Source of the DNA: Blepharisma stoltei ATCC 30299
Lineage: Eukaryota; Protista; Ciliophora
Assembly: GCA_965603825.1 (NCBI GenBank)
Contig: CBFDEM010000053.1
Coordinates: forward strand, 62,001 to 126,000
Reading direction: 5' to 3'
DNA: 64,000 bases
In this document: positions 45,176 to 57,234 of the stretch, piece after piece
Numbering within the stretch: the first letter of the stretch is position 1
How the letters are laid out: each line of letters begins with the position of its first letter
The notes under the pieces: generated by a model
Told to the model about the DNA's origin: nothing
Database searches by the model: none
The model's input: the letters and a program-made list of their open reading frames with translations, nothing else
Program-made: the position numbers and the translations under genes

Positions 45176-45338
45176 TTTTATTAATATAAAAGAAACTTGC
45201 TTTATTGCCGATAAATGCGATTAAATTGTTTTTAAAGGTTAAAATTGAATTCTAAGAAGCTATAAATATAAATCAATATCAGAAGTCATCCTATTTAGCA
45301 TATCGCTGATATATGAATCTTTTATCAAGATTTAGTTA

Positions 45339-46357
45339 TTAGCTTTTGTTTTGCATCTCTTTTACCATCTTTTTCTGCTCTTTTAGATATTTATCTATAT
45401 CTATAAGAGCTTCTTTTTCTGAAATAGACGCATATGACTCTTCTCCAGTACATATATGATTTACCATTCTTTCTCCTTCTTCTGGATCAAAAGCTTGGCT
45501 TGCCTTCCCTAAGTTTTTCATATCTTCTTCATAATTTGGGTTATATTTTTTAATAAATGCAGGATGTGTCAGTAAATAAGACTGTGCCAGCGAAAATCCA
45601 GCACTTACACCCCAATAGCAAAAAACACCCTAATTTAATGAATACAGCTGGCCAATGAACAGCCACTGGCAATGTTAAAATTGTTGAGATTTGGATTAAC
45701 CCTCTAATCCTATTTATAATCCAATCTTTTGTCTGAGGGGTGATTCCTCTCTAAATAATCTTTACTTGTAAATTTAAATAAGTTAGCGTCAATGAAACAA
45801 AAGGCAAAATCATATACGGGTCAGGCTCATTTAAATTCTGAAACCACAGCGCGCCTCCAGTTTCCAGGCTTTTATTATTTACACAAAGCATTCTTACAGA
45901 CCATATGTACGTTAAAAAATGAGGAACTTGCAAAAAACCATATAGTCCAGCCCTTACAACCTTGACTCCATGATGTCTAAAATGATTTTTACTTGTTGAT
46001 CTGGTTAGAGGATTTGAGGAATGTGAAAAACTTTTTGATTTTATTCATTTTCGCGTCATTTGTCAGCTCATAATTGAAGCGGTGATCTGGCCAAGCCCTG
46101 GCTAGAGGGCTCATTGACTTCATTTGTAAAAATAAGAAAGGAATCATTGAAGAGCGGACCAAGAGAGTTAGAATACCTATAGAAATCCACCATGGGCACC
46201 CTGTAAATAGCTGGATATTTTCAATAATATGTTGCGTTGCCTCAATAACTGGCCTGTAAAACTCTAAAAACGGAGGTAGCCTTGAAATCGCCTCAGCACT
46301 TGTAGGAATGAAATTGGGGAGATCTGAAAATCGTCTTCTTGCAAGTGTTCTTATCAT
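45339..46357 (-). CDS. OXA1/COX18 (YidC family) mitochondrial insertase (about 323 aa; three tiny introns)
   Basis: TGCPWWISIGILTLLVR, LQVP, GGALWFQNLNEPDPYMILP, WPAGVFCYW..SLAQ. Introns 45977-45992, 45751-45765, 45630-45645. Confidence 0.9.
45630..45645 (-). other. 16-nt intron (GTATTCATTAAATTAG)
   Basis: Frame-correcting; restores the OXA1 PAGVFCYW motif. Confidence 0.85.
45751..45765 (-). other. 15-nt intron (GTAAAGATTATTTAG)
   Basis: Removes an in-frame TAG. Confidence 0.85.
45977..45992 (-). other. 16-nt intron (GTAAAAATCATTTTAG)
   Basis: Frame-correcting; gives KHHGVKV..LQVP. Confidence 0.85.
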
Positions 46358-46374
46358 TTTATTTTTAGAATTAA

Positions 46375-46698
46375 TTAAGCTTTTACTTTTCATATTAAAT
46401 TTGTTTTGATATGTAGATATTTCTTGTCTATTTCTAAAAAGTTTCTTCTCTCCTGATAAATCTGTCAATCTATGCTAAGGCTTGTATTTTTACTCCATCA
46501 GCTTGATCTATTTTTGCATCAATTTTGCTCTAAGTAAGCTAAAAACGTTTTCAGTAGAAACATATGGTAAAAAGTTTGCACGAACTGCTCTCTATGAATT
46601 GACTTTGGCTTGAAGTAATCTTCCTCCTTTGAGAAGTCATCTATATCTGAAAAATATAATAATCATCCAAATATCGGATATCTTCGTCAAATAAGCAT
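46375..46698 (-). CDS. Hypothetical 107-aa aromatic-rich protein with six TGA codons (absent from the ORF track)
   Basis: ATG at 46698 to TAA at 46375 with no TAA/TAG in between; it fills the gap between OXA1 and HTH protein B. Confidence 0.6.
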
Positions 46699-46832
46699 TA
46701 ATATTTAAATCTCGCTCTATGGTGGCTTTATCTAAATATATTTTCTATTTTTTTATTAATGCTAACTAAAATTTTTTTCTGACAAATTCTCATTAAAAGT
46801 AAGATATCGGGGGGATAATTTTAATAATTTTA

Positions 46833-47951
46833 ATGGCATACTCAGAAAATGATAAATCGCTTATAGATTTTTATACATCAATGTTAACTCTTCATCAAGA
46901 AGCCCAAAACAGAGTTAATAGTGTTTTTGAGGGTCTTAAACATGAAGCAATGACTCTTCTGCACAAATCACTTTTTTCTCGGCCAAAATTGATGCATTTT
47001 GAAAATGAGGATTTAAAAGAAAGCATTAATCAAAGCACGAAAAATGTAGTAAAAGAAAGCAAGAAAGACAAAAAAGATTATAATGCAAATAAAGAATATG
47101 GATTAATAAAGAAAGAAAATGAAGAAAATGAGGAAAAAAGATGAAATAAAGAAAGTAAAGAATACGAAGAAATAAAAGAGTTTAAAGAAAATGAAGAATG
47201 TATAGTAAATAAAACCATTGAAGATGATAAAGCCACTATGGCGCCTAATTCGTTACCAGTAAAAAGGCTAAGAGAAGCCCCTGAAGAAGAGGTATATCAT
47301 CAATTCTTAGATGAATACAAACCAAAAATTGCAGAACGCAAAGAAATGATTTGCAAGCTTTACTCTTCTAATGTCTCTCCAAAACTCATCGGAAGGCTCC
47401 TCAGCTTATCTGTAAACGCAATTCACATTATCGGAGACTGGAAACAAGTTTCCCTAAAAATTGCTCAAAGAAATCGAGAAACCCGTCAAAAACTAAAAAA
47501 ATTATTATCAGACGGCCACCCATTCCAAGAAGTAGTTAAGCATTCTGGCTTAAACAACACAACAGCAAGCGTCATGCTAGATGATTACCCTATATGCATT
47601 GTAATTAAATCTCCAGAAGAAAAGAAAAATTTTATAGAAAAAGCAGTTAATAATTGTATTTCAAAGAAATTATTAGCAAGAGTCACCAGAATACAACCTT
47701 CCAAGATTTATACATGAGCGAACCATTTGAATAATGATGAAGATTTTAGTGATGAGGAATGCATTGAAGATAAAAGTGGAGAATATAGCAGGGAAACTAT
47801 AAGAAAAACTATCTATGATTATTATCTTAATAATTCGATAGAAGGGGCTGCTGAAAGAAATGGGGTCTCAAATCTTGTGAAAATTGAAGAGTGGATTAGG
47901 AATTTAGAAAATCTTAAAAAGCATAGAAGAGATGAAAATGGCTTTGAATAA
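46833..47951 (+). CDS. Four-HTH-repeat protein B (372 aa; TGA at 47142 and 47715)
   Basis: Three ORF-track fragments in one frame; C-terminal ~200 aa aligns with 18294-19376. Confidence 0.8.
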
Positions 47952-48301
47952 GGCGATATTGTTAATATTTTATTTAAGAAAAATAGTTAGATATAGATTT
48001 GCATCTTTATGCGAAGAGATTTTAATTATTAATCAATTAAAGTCGCGTTTATTTGGATTTAATTCGACTTTTTCATGCTCTATATCTTTATAAACATAAG
48101 TAGGCATTCCCCTTGCCTATTTTTTACATAATTTTTTTCTAATTTATAGCATAGGAACATTATCTGCCTTCTTAAATGATTATTTATGCGTTTAACGATA
48201 AGCTATACTAAAATTATGTATTTGCATTTTCCACTTGAATATTCTTTATATCCATCATAAAACTAATAAAAAGCATTCACTTACCCTTTTTCATAAAATA
48301 A

Positions 48302-48748
48302 ATGAATTTACTTGATTGAATCAAACAAAAAATATCTTGAGTCCCTGAGTCTGATCCAAACCAAATGCTTTTTTTGAAATTCTGCAAAGAGCTCTACACA
48401 ACCCAAGAACTAGAACTCACAAAAGAAGAGAAAAAACAGTTCGATTCTTTAAGGGAAGAAGAACGAAAGGAGTACGAAAAGCGGAAATTCTGATTTTGGC
48501 CTCTTTTCGTCTCAGGAACCCTTTATCTCGACCAAGTGATCATTATGAAAATCACTAAAACAAACTCCCAACGCTTGTGGTGGGCATGTGTTTTCTGTAT
48601 GCCACTGTCCGGAATTGCAAGCTTAGGTGTCAGCTTTTATAAAGAAAGCTTTCCTTCACACAATTACGCATTTGAACTTTGCGAAAAATACAAGATTTCA
48701 GTGAATGAGGACGAAAAGCGAAAATTTGAACAAACTGGAAGCTTTTAA
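48302..48748 (+). CDS. Small membrane protein (148 aa; 3 TGA)
   Basis: MNLLD(W)IKQKIS(W)VPESDP... is in frame with ORF 48536..48748; two hydrophobic segments. Confidence 0.7.
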
Positions 48749-48777
48749 TTAAATAGATTGTTAGTAAAGTCTTAGGA

Positions 48778-49110
48778 TTAAACATGTACGGCATAAATTG
48801 TGACTAAACAATTAAGATTTGGGAACTCCCCAGTAACTGAAATAAGCCCATCAGTCTTGGTGTCCCAAAAACAAGTAGAGCCTGACTGGAAGCCTGCGCC
48901 AGTTCTTTGCATTATCAAGCATGTAACTATATACTTAAAAGGCTTGTTCATCTTATTGAATTCTTTTAAGCACTGATCCATAATTTGCTGGCACCAAGAG
49001 TTTACGCGCTCAGGCTGAAAATAAAGGTCTTGGGTAATCACGTTCTCCATTGAGTTTTTGGCTATTGTGCCGAGTTCATCAATAAGGATTTCATCATCTT
49101 CTAATGACAT
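48778..49110 (-). CDS. DYNLT1: Dynein light chain, Tctex-1 type
   Basis: KPFKYIVTCLIMQRTGAGFQSGSTCFWDTKTDG. Confidence 0.92.
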   Translation of the reverse strand: MSLEDDEILIDELGTIAKNSMENVITQDLYFQPERVNSWCQQIMDQCLKEFNKMNKPFKYIVTCLIMQRTGAGFQSGSTCFWDTKTDGLISVTGEFPNLNCLVTIYAVHV

Positions 49111-49161
49111 TTTATGATTTATATGATGTTTGAATTATGATTAGGAAATTAAATAATAATT

Positions 49162-49494
49162 ATGAAAAGCTCGAAGGATTTATTGAGAGAAATAAATTAT
49201 GAGTTGACGCTACCTTCAAGCAGAGGTTCCCCGCCAAGAAGAGAGCAGGAATTTAGAAAATCTACAAGTCAGCAAAATATGATGTCAAATTCGCAAGGAA
49301 TGAGAAAATCAATAAGCCCATTCAGAAGAAACAATGAAGTTCAGGAAGCATCAAGGAGCGAGATAATTGCTGACCAACTTATTCAAAAGATTGCATTGGG
49401 AAAAGAAAAATTTTCTCAGAGCTGCAAGGGGTTATTGAGCCAAATTAACCAGATTTTAGATGAAGATAGAAGCTATATTCATGTTGAAGAATAA
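49162..49494 (+). CDS. Hypothetical protein (110 aa)
   Basis: ATG..TAA ORF divergent from Tctex-1. Confidence 0.65.
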   Translation: MKSSKDLLREINYELTLPSSRGSPPRREQEFRKSTSQQNMMSNSQGMRKSISPFRRNNEVQEASRSEIIADQLIQKIALGKEKFSQSCKGLLSQINQILDEDRSYIHVEE

Positions 49495-49968
49495 AAATTA
49501 ATAAATTATTTGGAAAGAAAAGTAATTTTATAATTGTTTAGTAAGCAATGCTGCTATTAAATTTAAGTCTATAATTACAGAAATTTTTTCGGCTCAAAGA
49601 ATTGATGCAATCCTAACATAAAATCTATAGTAGTTAGCCTACCTAAAAAAATTCGGTTTTGGGGTATCTTGGGCAAGAAAAGAATTCATTAGCAATAAAA
49701 ATTGATAAGGGCTTCTCTTTGATCTTGAGATGAAAGTTTCTGATATTCGAATTCTGACAAGTGGCGCTACTAAAATTGAAATATAATTAAAAGAAGATCA
49801 TTCTTTTATAATTAAGCAAATTTGAAAATACATTTTGAAAGTCTTCCTTAGGTATTATAAACTCCTGCTAAAGGTATCCAAAATCCATTAGTTTCTAACT
49901 TTAAAGATTTAAAGAATTGAAAATATGAAGTGTCACTGACGTCGAAAGATAAGCACTATTAAAAATAA

Positions 49969-50271
49969 ATGGAAATATCTGACGAAAAAAGCAAAAATTC
50001 TTCGGCTACTTTATCCCTGGAGCCTTCCAAAAACAAATGATCGCATAAGCCTCAGTTAATAATATGCCAAAATTGCGATTACAAAGGTTTTAGCAAGTGC
50101 GAGTACGATAGTGGTTTCATTGCCTGACTGGTATGCGGGACATGCATTTTAGTAGGCTGTGTCTTTGGATGCTGTATGTGTCCTTTTTGTATTGCTGGTC
50201 TTAAAATATGCACCCACATATGTCCCCATTGTAATAAAGTTGTGGGAGCTCATTATCCTGGCAAAGTGTAG
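49969..50271 (+). CDS. LITAF-domain zinc-ribbon protein (100 aa; 2 TGA; absent from the ORF track)
   Basis: PQLIICQNC...GFIA(W)LVCGTCILVGCVFGCCMCPFC..HICPHCNKVVG, the LITAF CxxC-hydrophobic-HxCxxC pattern. Ends TAG. Confidence 0.88.
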
Positions 50272-50638
50272 TGATTAATGCTCTTTTTGAAATTATATTA
50301 ATTAACAAGATTGATTAATAACATTTATTTTGAAACCTAGAGTAATGATGATGCAACAAGAAAAATCATAAATATAAGAGCATATTCAATTGCTTTAAAA
50401 ACAAATTTTTGGCGTTCATTCAATTGTTTAAATAGTTTAGCGGCATCTAATTTAAGCACTTAAAATAATAAGATAGTTACTGTATAAGTTTATTAAGGAA
50501 TTTATATGAAATTTGCCTATAATAGAACTAATTTAAAAATAAAATAATTTTCTTTTTAAGACAATCCAAATATATAATTATTTTCAATACAATATATAAA
50601 ATTTGACTCATGCATAATAAAATTAAACTTGTATTCAA

Positions 50639-53368
50639 ATGGAAGACTTAATAGAAAATCTATATAGTCGCCACTCTTTAGATAAAATTTTTGCACTCAA
50701 GGAAATACAAAAACTTGTTGAAAAAAATCAAATTTCATCTGTGCCGAACCCTACAAAATTATTTAAAGCACTTGAAATCTGCTTGGATCTTTCAATGTCA
50801 ACTGATATTCAAAAGCATGCACTCAATATAGTAAACTCTATCATAAATGTAAAACTTATCTAGGACTTTGGGCCAGATCTTGAAATTCATTTTAACCAGC
50901 TAATTCCAAAATTTTTAAGTCTTTTGCATTATCAAGAAAATAAAGAAGATGCATTTTTGGCTTTAAAATCGTATATCAATCTAAGCTACAATATTGAGTA
51001 TGTGATTGGTATACTAATAAAAGAAGAACTTCAAAGTGGCTCCTGGAGTATAAGAAAAGAAGCATTAAGAAATTTAGTTGTTTTGATGGACCTTGAAACA
51101 GATATATGGAGCAACCCTAATTTAATAGCAAAAATCATTGAAGCTGTTGTGAGGCTGTATGAAGATCCATTCCAAGATGTATCTGATGAAGCTTTAAGCA
51201 CGTCTAAAGAACTGCTGGAAAAAATCACCTGCCTTGAAAAAGCTCTAAAGAGGCTTAGCCCATATATCAGGAAATCTTTTGAAAAGCATATAGGAAATAT
51301 TCCAGGAATTCCTAAAAACAATCCAAATCTAGTTTTTGGATTTATACCAAAAGATTTAATGTCAAAATTTTCAATTGATGAAAACTGAAGAGTTAAGGTT
51401 TCTGCTGTAGAAGAGCTCGAATCTCTAGTCTCATCAATTTCGATTTCTGATGATATTTTACATCACTTTTCTGATTTTTTGGTGTTTTTAAGCCAGCTTT
51501 TAAAAGAAAGCAATTTTAAAGTCGTGATTTCAGCACTTAGCATTGTGGAAATGCTATGTAAAAAATCAATAATTTGTACAAAAGAACACATAGATGTTAT
51601 TGTCCCATTATGCATAGAAAAGCTTGGAGATAACAAAATCGCAATAAGACAAATGGCATCTAAAATAATGGCTTGTTTATTGGAAAAAGTGAGGAGCTTT
51701 GATGTTTTTCCTCATTTAATCAAAGATTTACACAATAGAAACTGGCATATAAGAGAAGAGGTAGTAACAGTTATAATATTAGCAATGCTGCGCATGGTAA
51801 ATTATGATTATTTGCAACTAATCCCTTATTTAACTAAACTTTTAGATGACGATAAAACTAAAGTCAGGCACGTTTCTACTGAATCTTTAGCTGTATTGTC
51901 AAGCATCTGTGGCGAGCAAGCAGTTATACGAGCTTTAGAGCCAATAATTGACAATATGGCATTAAAATCATTGATAGAAAGATTTCGATATCCAGTACTT
52001 CCTCACTTAGAAGAAAACGCTGTAGTTTTTCCTCGAATAGTTCCATCAAGTGCTCCCATCATCAGCTCTCCTTATATTACCTCGTCTCCTTTTCCAAATC
52101 CACAAGACACAAAGGATTTTAAAATCTATAACAATATCATGAACACTGAAGAAATTTCTCCACTCCTCCCGCCTATGGAAACCAGTGAAAAAGTAGCTAT
52201 AAATGACTCAAAAAAAAGAAACTCAAGGAACAGCCAAAGCAGCTTATTTTCTATGAAAATTGAAAGCAGGCCAGGGTTTCTAAAGCCACCTACTATCCCT
52301 GTCAATATGAATACTCGTGCAGCTGGGATGCAATTTTCAAATAATCAGAGCAAGTATAAAACTAAGGAGTCACAAAATTTGATGAATTTTCTTGCACCGA
52401 CTGAATCGCCAACAAAGAAATCAAATAAATCTTTTCAGGATCCTCCAGTATTATCAACACAAACTGATGAATCCGAACAACAAGTTTATTTATCTGAACA
52501 TGAGCTAGAGCCACTAGCAGACCCAGGAAATGCTATAAGTATTTGTATGAATACCGCTGATGACTGGGCAGCTCAATTTGACACGATTAATTTATTAAGA
52601 AGACTTACAAAGCATCATGGAGAAGTATTAGGAGCATCAGGCATGCTTCATCATCTAATAATCCAAGCTACAAACTGGGCTTATTCTTTAAGGTCTTCCT
52701 TATGCAAAAACTCCTTAATCTTATTTGGCGAGATGTGTGAAAAAATTCCAATGTTCATCGAAACTGAGCTAAAAACTATCGTTTCCTGCTTAATGAGAAA
52801 ATCATCTGACTCCAATAGTTTCATCTCCGACCAAGCAACCGACTCATTAATTTCCATGGCCAAATACTGTAACGTCTCTAAAGCTTTATCAGCCGTCATA
52901 AATTTTGCATCTACCTCAAAAGCGACTTTGGTAAAATCAAGAGCATCACTCTGCTTTCAAAAAATTTTCGAAAGAAGTAAAGAAAATGTGTCGAAAATAA
53001 AAGAGCTTGACAGGGCAATTCAGCTACTGGCCACTTATATCTATGATGCTTCATCTAGTGTGCGAGCAGCTGCTAAAGATGCACTGCAAGCTCTTGGAAG
53101 TGAATTGGATCGGCTTTTAATGAGATGCTTAAGTGAAGAGGATTACAGAAAAGCTAAAGAGCAATTAGAGAAAAAAAGGGGAAGAACTCCAAGAAGGATT
53201 TTGAGAAGTGCTGAGCCTGGGTATTTGCAAGAATCAAGAACACCATCACAAACAAGATCATTTAGAGTTAGAAACAGCCCAGCTAGAGACAAAGGAAATA
53301 GTGCAACACCTGAGCCAAGCCATATAGAGAAGTACGCGAAGTTTGGATCGTCAAGGATTATTCGATAA
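50639..53368 (+). CDS. TOG-array (TOGARAM/Crescerin/FAM179-like) microtubule regulator (about 904 aa; intron; TGA at 51386)
   Basis: HEAT/TOG repeats: EN(W)RVKVSAVEEL, ESNFKV, EKLGDNKIAIRQ, NWHIREEV, DWAAQFDTINLLRRL, SLRSSLCKNS, SSDSNSFI. Confidence 0.85.
50849..50863 (+). other. 15-nt intron (GTAAAACTTATCTAG)
   Basis: Removes an in-frame TAG; the frame continues into ORF 50924. Confidence 0.85.
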
Positions 53369-53461
53369 TGAAAGCTCAAATTATATTTTCTTAAATAATG
53401 GATTTTAATTATATTGTATATGATGAAAATAAGCAAACTGCTTATTTCAATTGCAGTTATA

Positions 53462-55792
53462 TTAAAACACAATGCATTTTTCTCTTCCTGCAGAAGATGG
53501 CTGAATATCAGTGAAATCAAGTTCCCCTGACATGTCGTTTTTCTTTTTATCAACTTCTTTTATAGCATCAAGCATCTGGATAGTGGCATAGGATCTTCGA
53601 GTGACTGTCTTTTTTATGTTGTAATTTAAAGGCGCGTTTAAAGATGTCCTTAATGCTGGCTTTGGAGGTGAGTTTTTTGAATCAGTTGATCTATCGATTA
53701 CTGTTTTCGTTCTTTTTTTGTCCCTTGAAGTTTCATTTTTTACAAAGTTTTTCATGTCTTTGTATTTTTTTATTTCTTCTTCAGCCAGTTTTGCTCGTTT
53801 TAAAGTTCTGGCGAGCTTTCTTTCTAATGAATTTTTTTCAATAACTAGTTCAGACTTCTCTTTAGTTAGCTGATTGTTATTTGTTGAGACTAGCTCTAAT
53901 TGCTTTCCTAGAGTAATAGAGATTTCTCTTAAACAAATAAGTTCTTTTTTTAAGCTGGATTCAAGCTTTTTGTAATTTTCTTTAGATTGATCAAGATCGT
54001 ATTCGAGCTTGATAATTTTTTCTGATTTTTGCTGAAGTTCGTCTATCAATTCTTGCTTATCGCCATTCCATTTTTCTTTATGTACTTCTATTTCTGATTC
54101 CATACTTGCTTTAACTTGCAACAAGTTTTCAAATTCATTGATTTTCATTAAAAGATCTTTATTTTTCGCCATTTCTTCTTCTAGCTGCTCTTTTAAAGCA
54201 GATTTTGAAATATTTTCATCATTAATTGGCAGTACATCAAGCTCGGACTTTAATTGAATGATTTCTATATCTTTATCACAAAAAGATTGTTCTAATTCAA
54301 ATCTTTTGTCATACACATTTTTCATTTCATTTTTCAGATCTTCTATTTCTTCCATTAACAGTTCTATCTGTTCATCTTTTTCCCTTATAATTTCTTCATT
54401 TAAAGCATTTTTATCAGCAGCTTCATTAGTTCTCTGCAGTAAAAAGCTATAATTCCCTCTGATTTCTGATATTTCTTTTTCATTTTCAATAAGAAATGCA
54501 TTTAGTTTCATGTTTTTTTCGACTTCTTTAGTGAGCCTTTCCCTTGTATCTTCAAGTTCTACTACGATATCGTCTAGAGCTGAAACTTTTGAGATTTCGA
54601 CGTCACTTTCTTCTTTTATGTCTTCTTTTGAGTTTGACTTGGTTTCCATTTCTTCATAATTCAAAGGCTTTCCTATTTTCTGCTCAAGCATTTCTATTTT
54701 TTTGTCTTTCATATGGATCTCTTCTTTTGCTTTTGCTAGCATAAGTTTGAGTTCTGAGACAGTATATTCTTTGTTTACTTTTGCTTTATTTTTAATAGAC
54801 TTTGCTCGAATTCCAAAGCGTAATGTACTGACTGTCTCTGCTTCATTATAAGCAGAAGGGGAGCATGTAATGATTAATGAAGTTTTTGAGTTGCCACCTA
54901 AGGAGTCTTGAAGAACTCTTGTTAGCTTAGAATCTCTGTAAGGAACATGAGAGCTTTTTCCATCAGTTAAAGCATTGATCACTTGTCCAAGCGCAGTTAA
55001 ACTTTTATTAATATTTTTTGCTTCTTCTAGCCTTTTGCCTTCAGCTCCAGTCTTACCAACTTTTTCACTTCCAGCTAAGTCAACAAGATATAATTTTCCT
55101 GTTTTAGTTGAACAATCTAAAGAGTTGGTTTGAGACAGAGTGACGCAGAATATAGAATGAGATCGAGAAGAGCCTGCGTTCATATGTGTGTATCCAACTT
55201 CTCTATTGCCTGTTCCTATATTCATAAGTTCATAGACTTCGTCTTCATTTGAGACGTATCGCTCTGTTAAGTCTTCGATATAAACCCCTCTTATTTTGTC
55301 TTCATGGATCTTTAAGTTATTTTTCGTAGGCTCAAGAAGATCTTTGATTTTTTCCATATAGATCTCACAATAGCCTACTTTAACTGAAAATTCTAAATGA
55401 GGATCAGAATTCAAGATCTTCATGAAGGCATCACCAATCATTCTAGGAATAATGCCCATTAGGTCTTTATCATTTAAAACTCCAGTCATTGTAAATGTCT
55501 TTCCTGAAGAGGTTTGCCCATAAGCAAACACAGTCCCATTAAATCCTTGCATAACTGCATCTACAATTGGCCGAGCAGCGATATGATAAATTTTGGCTTG
55601 TGGAGTTGAGGGAGGGAATACATAATCGTAGGAAAATCTCAAGGGCTCCCCTTCAGATTTTATAGCAACTGTTTTGTTATCAGAGTCGAAATTCACACAA
55701 ACTGATTCTTCTATTTGTTTTTCTTTTTCGTTCAGTGGTCGAAATCGACATACCACCCGAATATTTCCTGAAGATTCATCAGATGAATCCAT
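53462..55792 (-). CDS. Kinesin heavy chain (kinesin-1-like)
   Basis: IRVVCRFRP, AYGQTSSGKT, SSRSH, LVDLAGSE, HVPYRDSKLTRVLQDSLGGN, coiled-coil tail. Confidence 0.95.
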   Translation of the reverse strand: MDSSDESSGNIRVVCRFRPLNEKEKQIEESVCVNFDSDNKTVAIKSEGEPLRFSYDYVFPPSTPQAKIYHIAARPIVDAVMQGFNGTVFAYGQTSSGKTFTMTGVLNDKDLMGIIPRMIGDAFMKILNSDPHLEFSVKVGYCEIYMEKIKDLLEPTKNNLKIHEDKIRGVYIEDLTERYVSNEDEVYELMNIGTGNREVGYTHMNAGSSRSHSIFCVTLSQTNSLDCSTKTGKLYLVDLAGSEKVGKTGAEGKRLEEAKNINKSLTALGQVINALTDGKSSHVPYRDSKLTRVLQDSLGGNSKTSLIITCSPSAYNEAETVSTLRFGIRAKSIKNKAKVNKEYTVSELKLMLAKAKEEIHMKDKKIEMLEQKIGKPLNYEEMETKSNSKEDIKEESDVEISKVSALDDIVVELEDTRERLTKEVEKNMKLNAFLIENEKEISEIRGNYSFLLQRTNEAADKNALNEEIIREKDEQIELLMEEIEDLKNEMKNVYDKRFELEQSFCDKDIEIIQLKSELDVLPINDENISKSALKEQLEEEMAKNKDLLMKINEFENLLQVKASMESEIEVHKEKWNGDKQELIDELQQKSEKIIKLEYDLDQSKENYKKLESSLKKELICLREISITLGKQLELVSTNNNQLTKEKSELVIEKNSLERKLARTLKRAKLAEEEIKKYKDMKNFVKNETSRDKKRTKTVIDRSTDSKNSPPKPALRTSLNAPLNYNIKKTVTRRSYATIQMLDAIKEVDKKKNDMSGELDFTDIQPSSAGREKCIVF

Positions 55793-55831
55793 TTTTGTTA
55801 GAATAAAATCAACATTAATGATTTAATAAAT

Positions 55832-57175
55832 ATGCAAAACAATTTTGGATGTCTCATAATTGGAGGAGGAAGCGCTGGAGTAGCATCAGCAATTAGGGCA
55901 GCTAAGTATGGGGTTAAGGTTGCTTTAATAGAATCGGGCAAAATTGCAGGAACTTGCGTCAATTCTGGATGTGTGCCGAAAAAAGTTATGTGGAACGCAG
56001 CTCTAACTCTTGAGATTTTAAAGTCATCGTCTGGGTATGGGATTGATGCTAATTATAGTTTGAATTGGAAAACACTAAAAGAAAATCGTGAAAATTACGT
56101 TGAGAGATTGCATGAAATTTACCTAAATAAATTGAAATTTCATGGAGTAGAAGTCATTAATGGAGTAGCTTCTTTTACAGGCCCGAACACCATTGTTGTC
56201 AACGGAGAAATGGAATTGACTGCTCCTAATATATTTATCACTAGTGGTAGCAAGCCATTGCTGCTAAATATCCCAGGAAAAGAATTTTTGTGTACTAGTG
56301 ATGACTTCTTTCTATTGGATGATAAAGTCAATAAAGCCCTCATAGTTGGCAATGGCTACATTGCAGGAGAAATATCAGGCTTGCTTAGCACTCTAGGCAC
56401 TGATACAACAGTAGCTGCCAGAGAGCCAAGATTTTTAGAAACTTTTGATATAGATACTGCTAATATTCTTGAAGAGCACTACAGACAATCTGGAATAAAC
56501 ATTTTTACTCAAACAGAAGTTGTAGAAATTAAGAAAACCTCTGATGGTTTTGAAGCCATTTTTAATGATGGGAGAAGATTCACCTATGATTTGATCATTT
56601 CTGCTATAGGGAGAATTGGGAACGTAGAGAAGTTAAATTTGCAAGTAACATCAGTAGAATTGGACCAAATAGGGAATATTAAGGTTGATGAATGGGAAGC
56701 TACAAATGCTCCTGGAATTTATGCATTTGGAGATGTCATTGGGAAAAAGAACCAAACACCTGTAGCTGTTGCTGCAGGCAGAAAGCTTGCTGATAGACTA
56801 TTTGGGAATAAGCCAGATGCTAAATTAGATTATAACTTAATTCCAACAATGATGTTTTCTATGCTACCAGTTGGAACTATAGGATTAACTGAAAAAGCTG
56901 CAAGAGAAAAATATGGTGATGCGATAAAAATTTATAAATCAAAATTTACAAATATGTTTTTCCAAGTAGGAAATTACAAGGAGCCTACCCTTTTTAAAAT
57001 GATAGTGTATGGACCAGAAGAAAAAATCATTGGCTTGCATGCTGTTGGAAGAGGAGTTGACGAAATGATTCAAGGATTTGCTGTGGCTATTAAAATGGGA
57101 GCAAGAAAGCAAGATTTTGACGATACTGTTGCAATCCACCCAACAGCAAGCGAAGAGTTTGTTTTACTATCATAG
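55832..57175 (+). CDS. GSR: Glutathione-disulfide reductase
   Basis: IGGGSAG, GTCVNSGCVPKK, TPVAVAAGRKLADRLF, QGFAVAIKMGA, AIHPTASEE; no TrxR C-terminal extension. Confidence 0.93.
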   Translation: MQNNFGCLIIGGGSAGVASAIRAAKYGVKVALIESGKIAGTCVNSGCVPKKVMWNAALTLEILKSSSGYGIDANYSLNWKTLKENRENYVERLHEIYLNKLKFHGVEVINGVASFTGPNTIVVNGEMELTAPNIFITSGSKPLLLNIPGKEFLCTSDDFFLLDDKVNKALIVGNGYIAGEISGLLSTLGTDTTVAAREPRFLETFDIDTANILEEHYRQSGINIFTQTEVVEIKKTSDGFEAIFNDGRRFTYDLIISAIGRIGNVEKLNLQVTSVELDQIGNIKVDEWEATNAPGIYAFGDVIGKKNQTPVAVAAGRKLADRLFGNKPDAKLDYNLIPTMMFSMLPVGTIGLTEKAAREKYGDAIKIYKSKFTNMFFQVGNYKEPTLFKMIVYGPEEKIIGLHAVGRGVDEMIQGFAVAIKMGARKQDFDDTVAIHPTASEEFVLLS

Positions 57176-57234
57176 TTACTATTTACTTATTATTTATTTT
57201 TCAAAAATTGAAAAGATAATCCAGCTTAATTTTA

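Noticed and set aside
55832-57175. Thioredoxin reductase selenoprotein
   Set aside because: The protein ends at EEFVLLS-TAG without a GCUG tail; its motifs are glutathione-reductase type.
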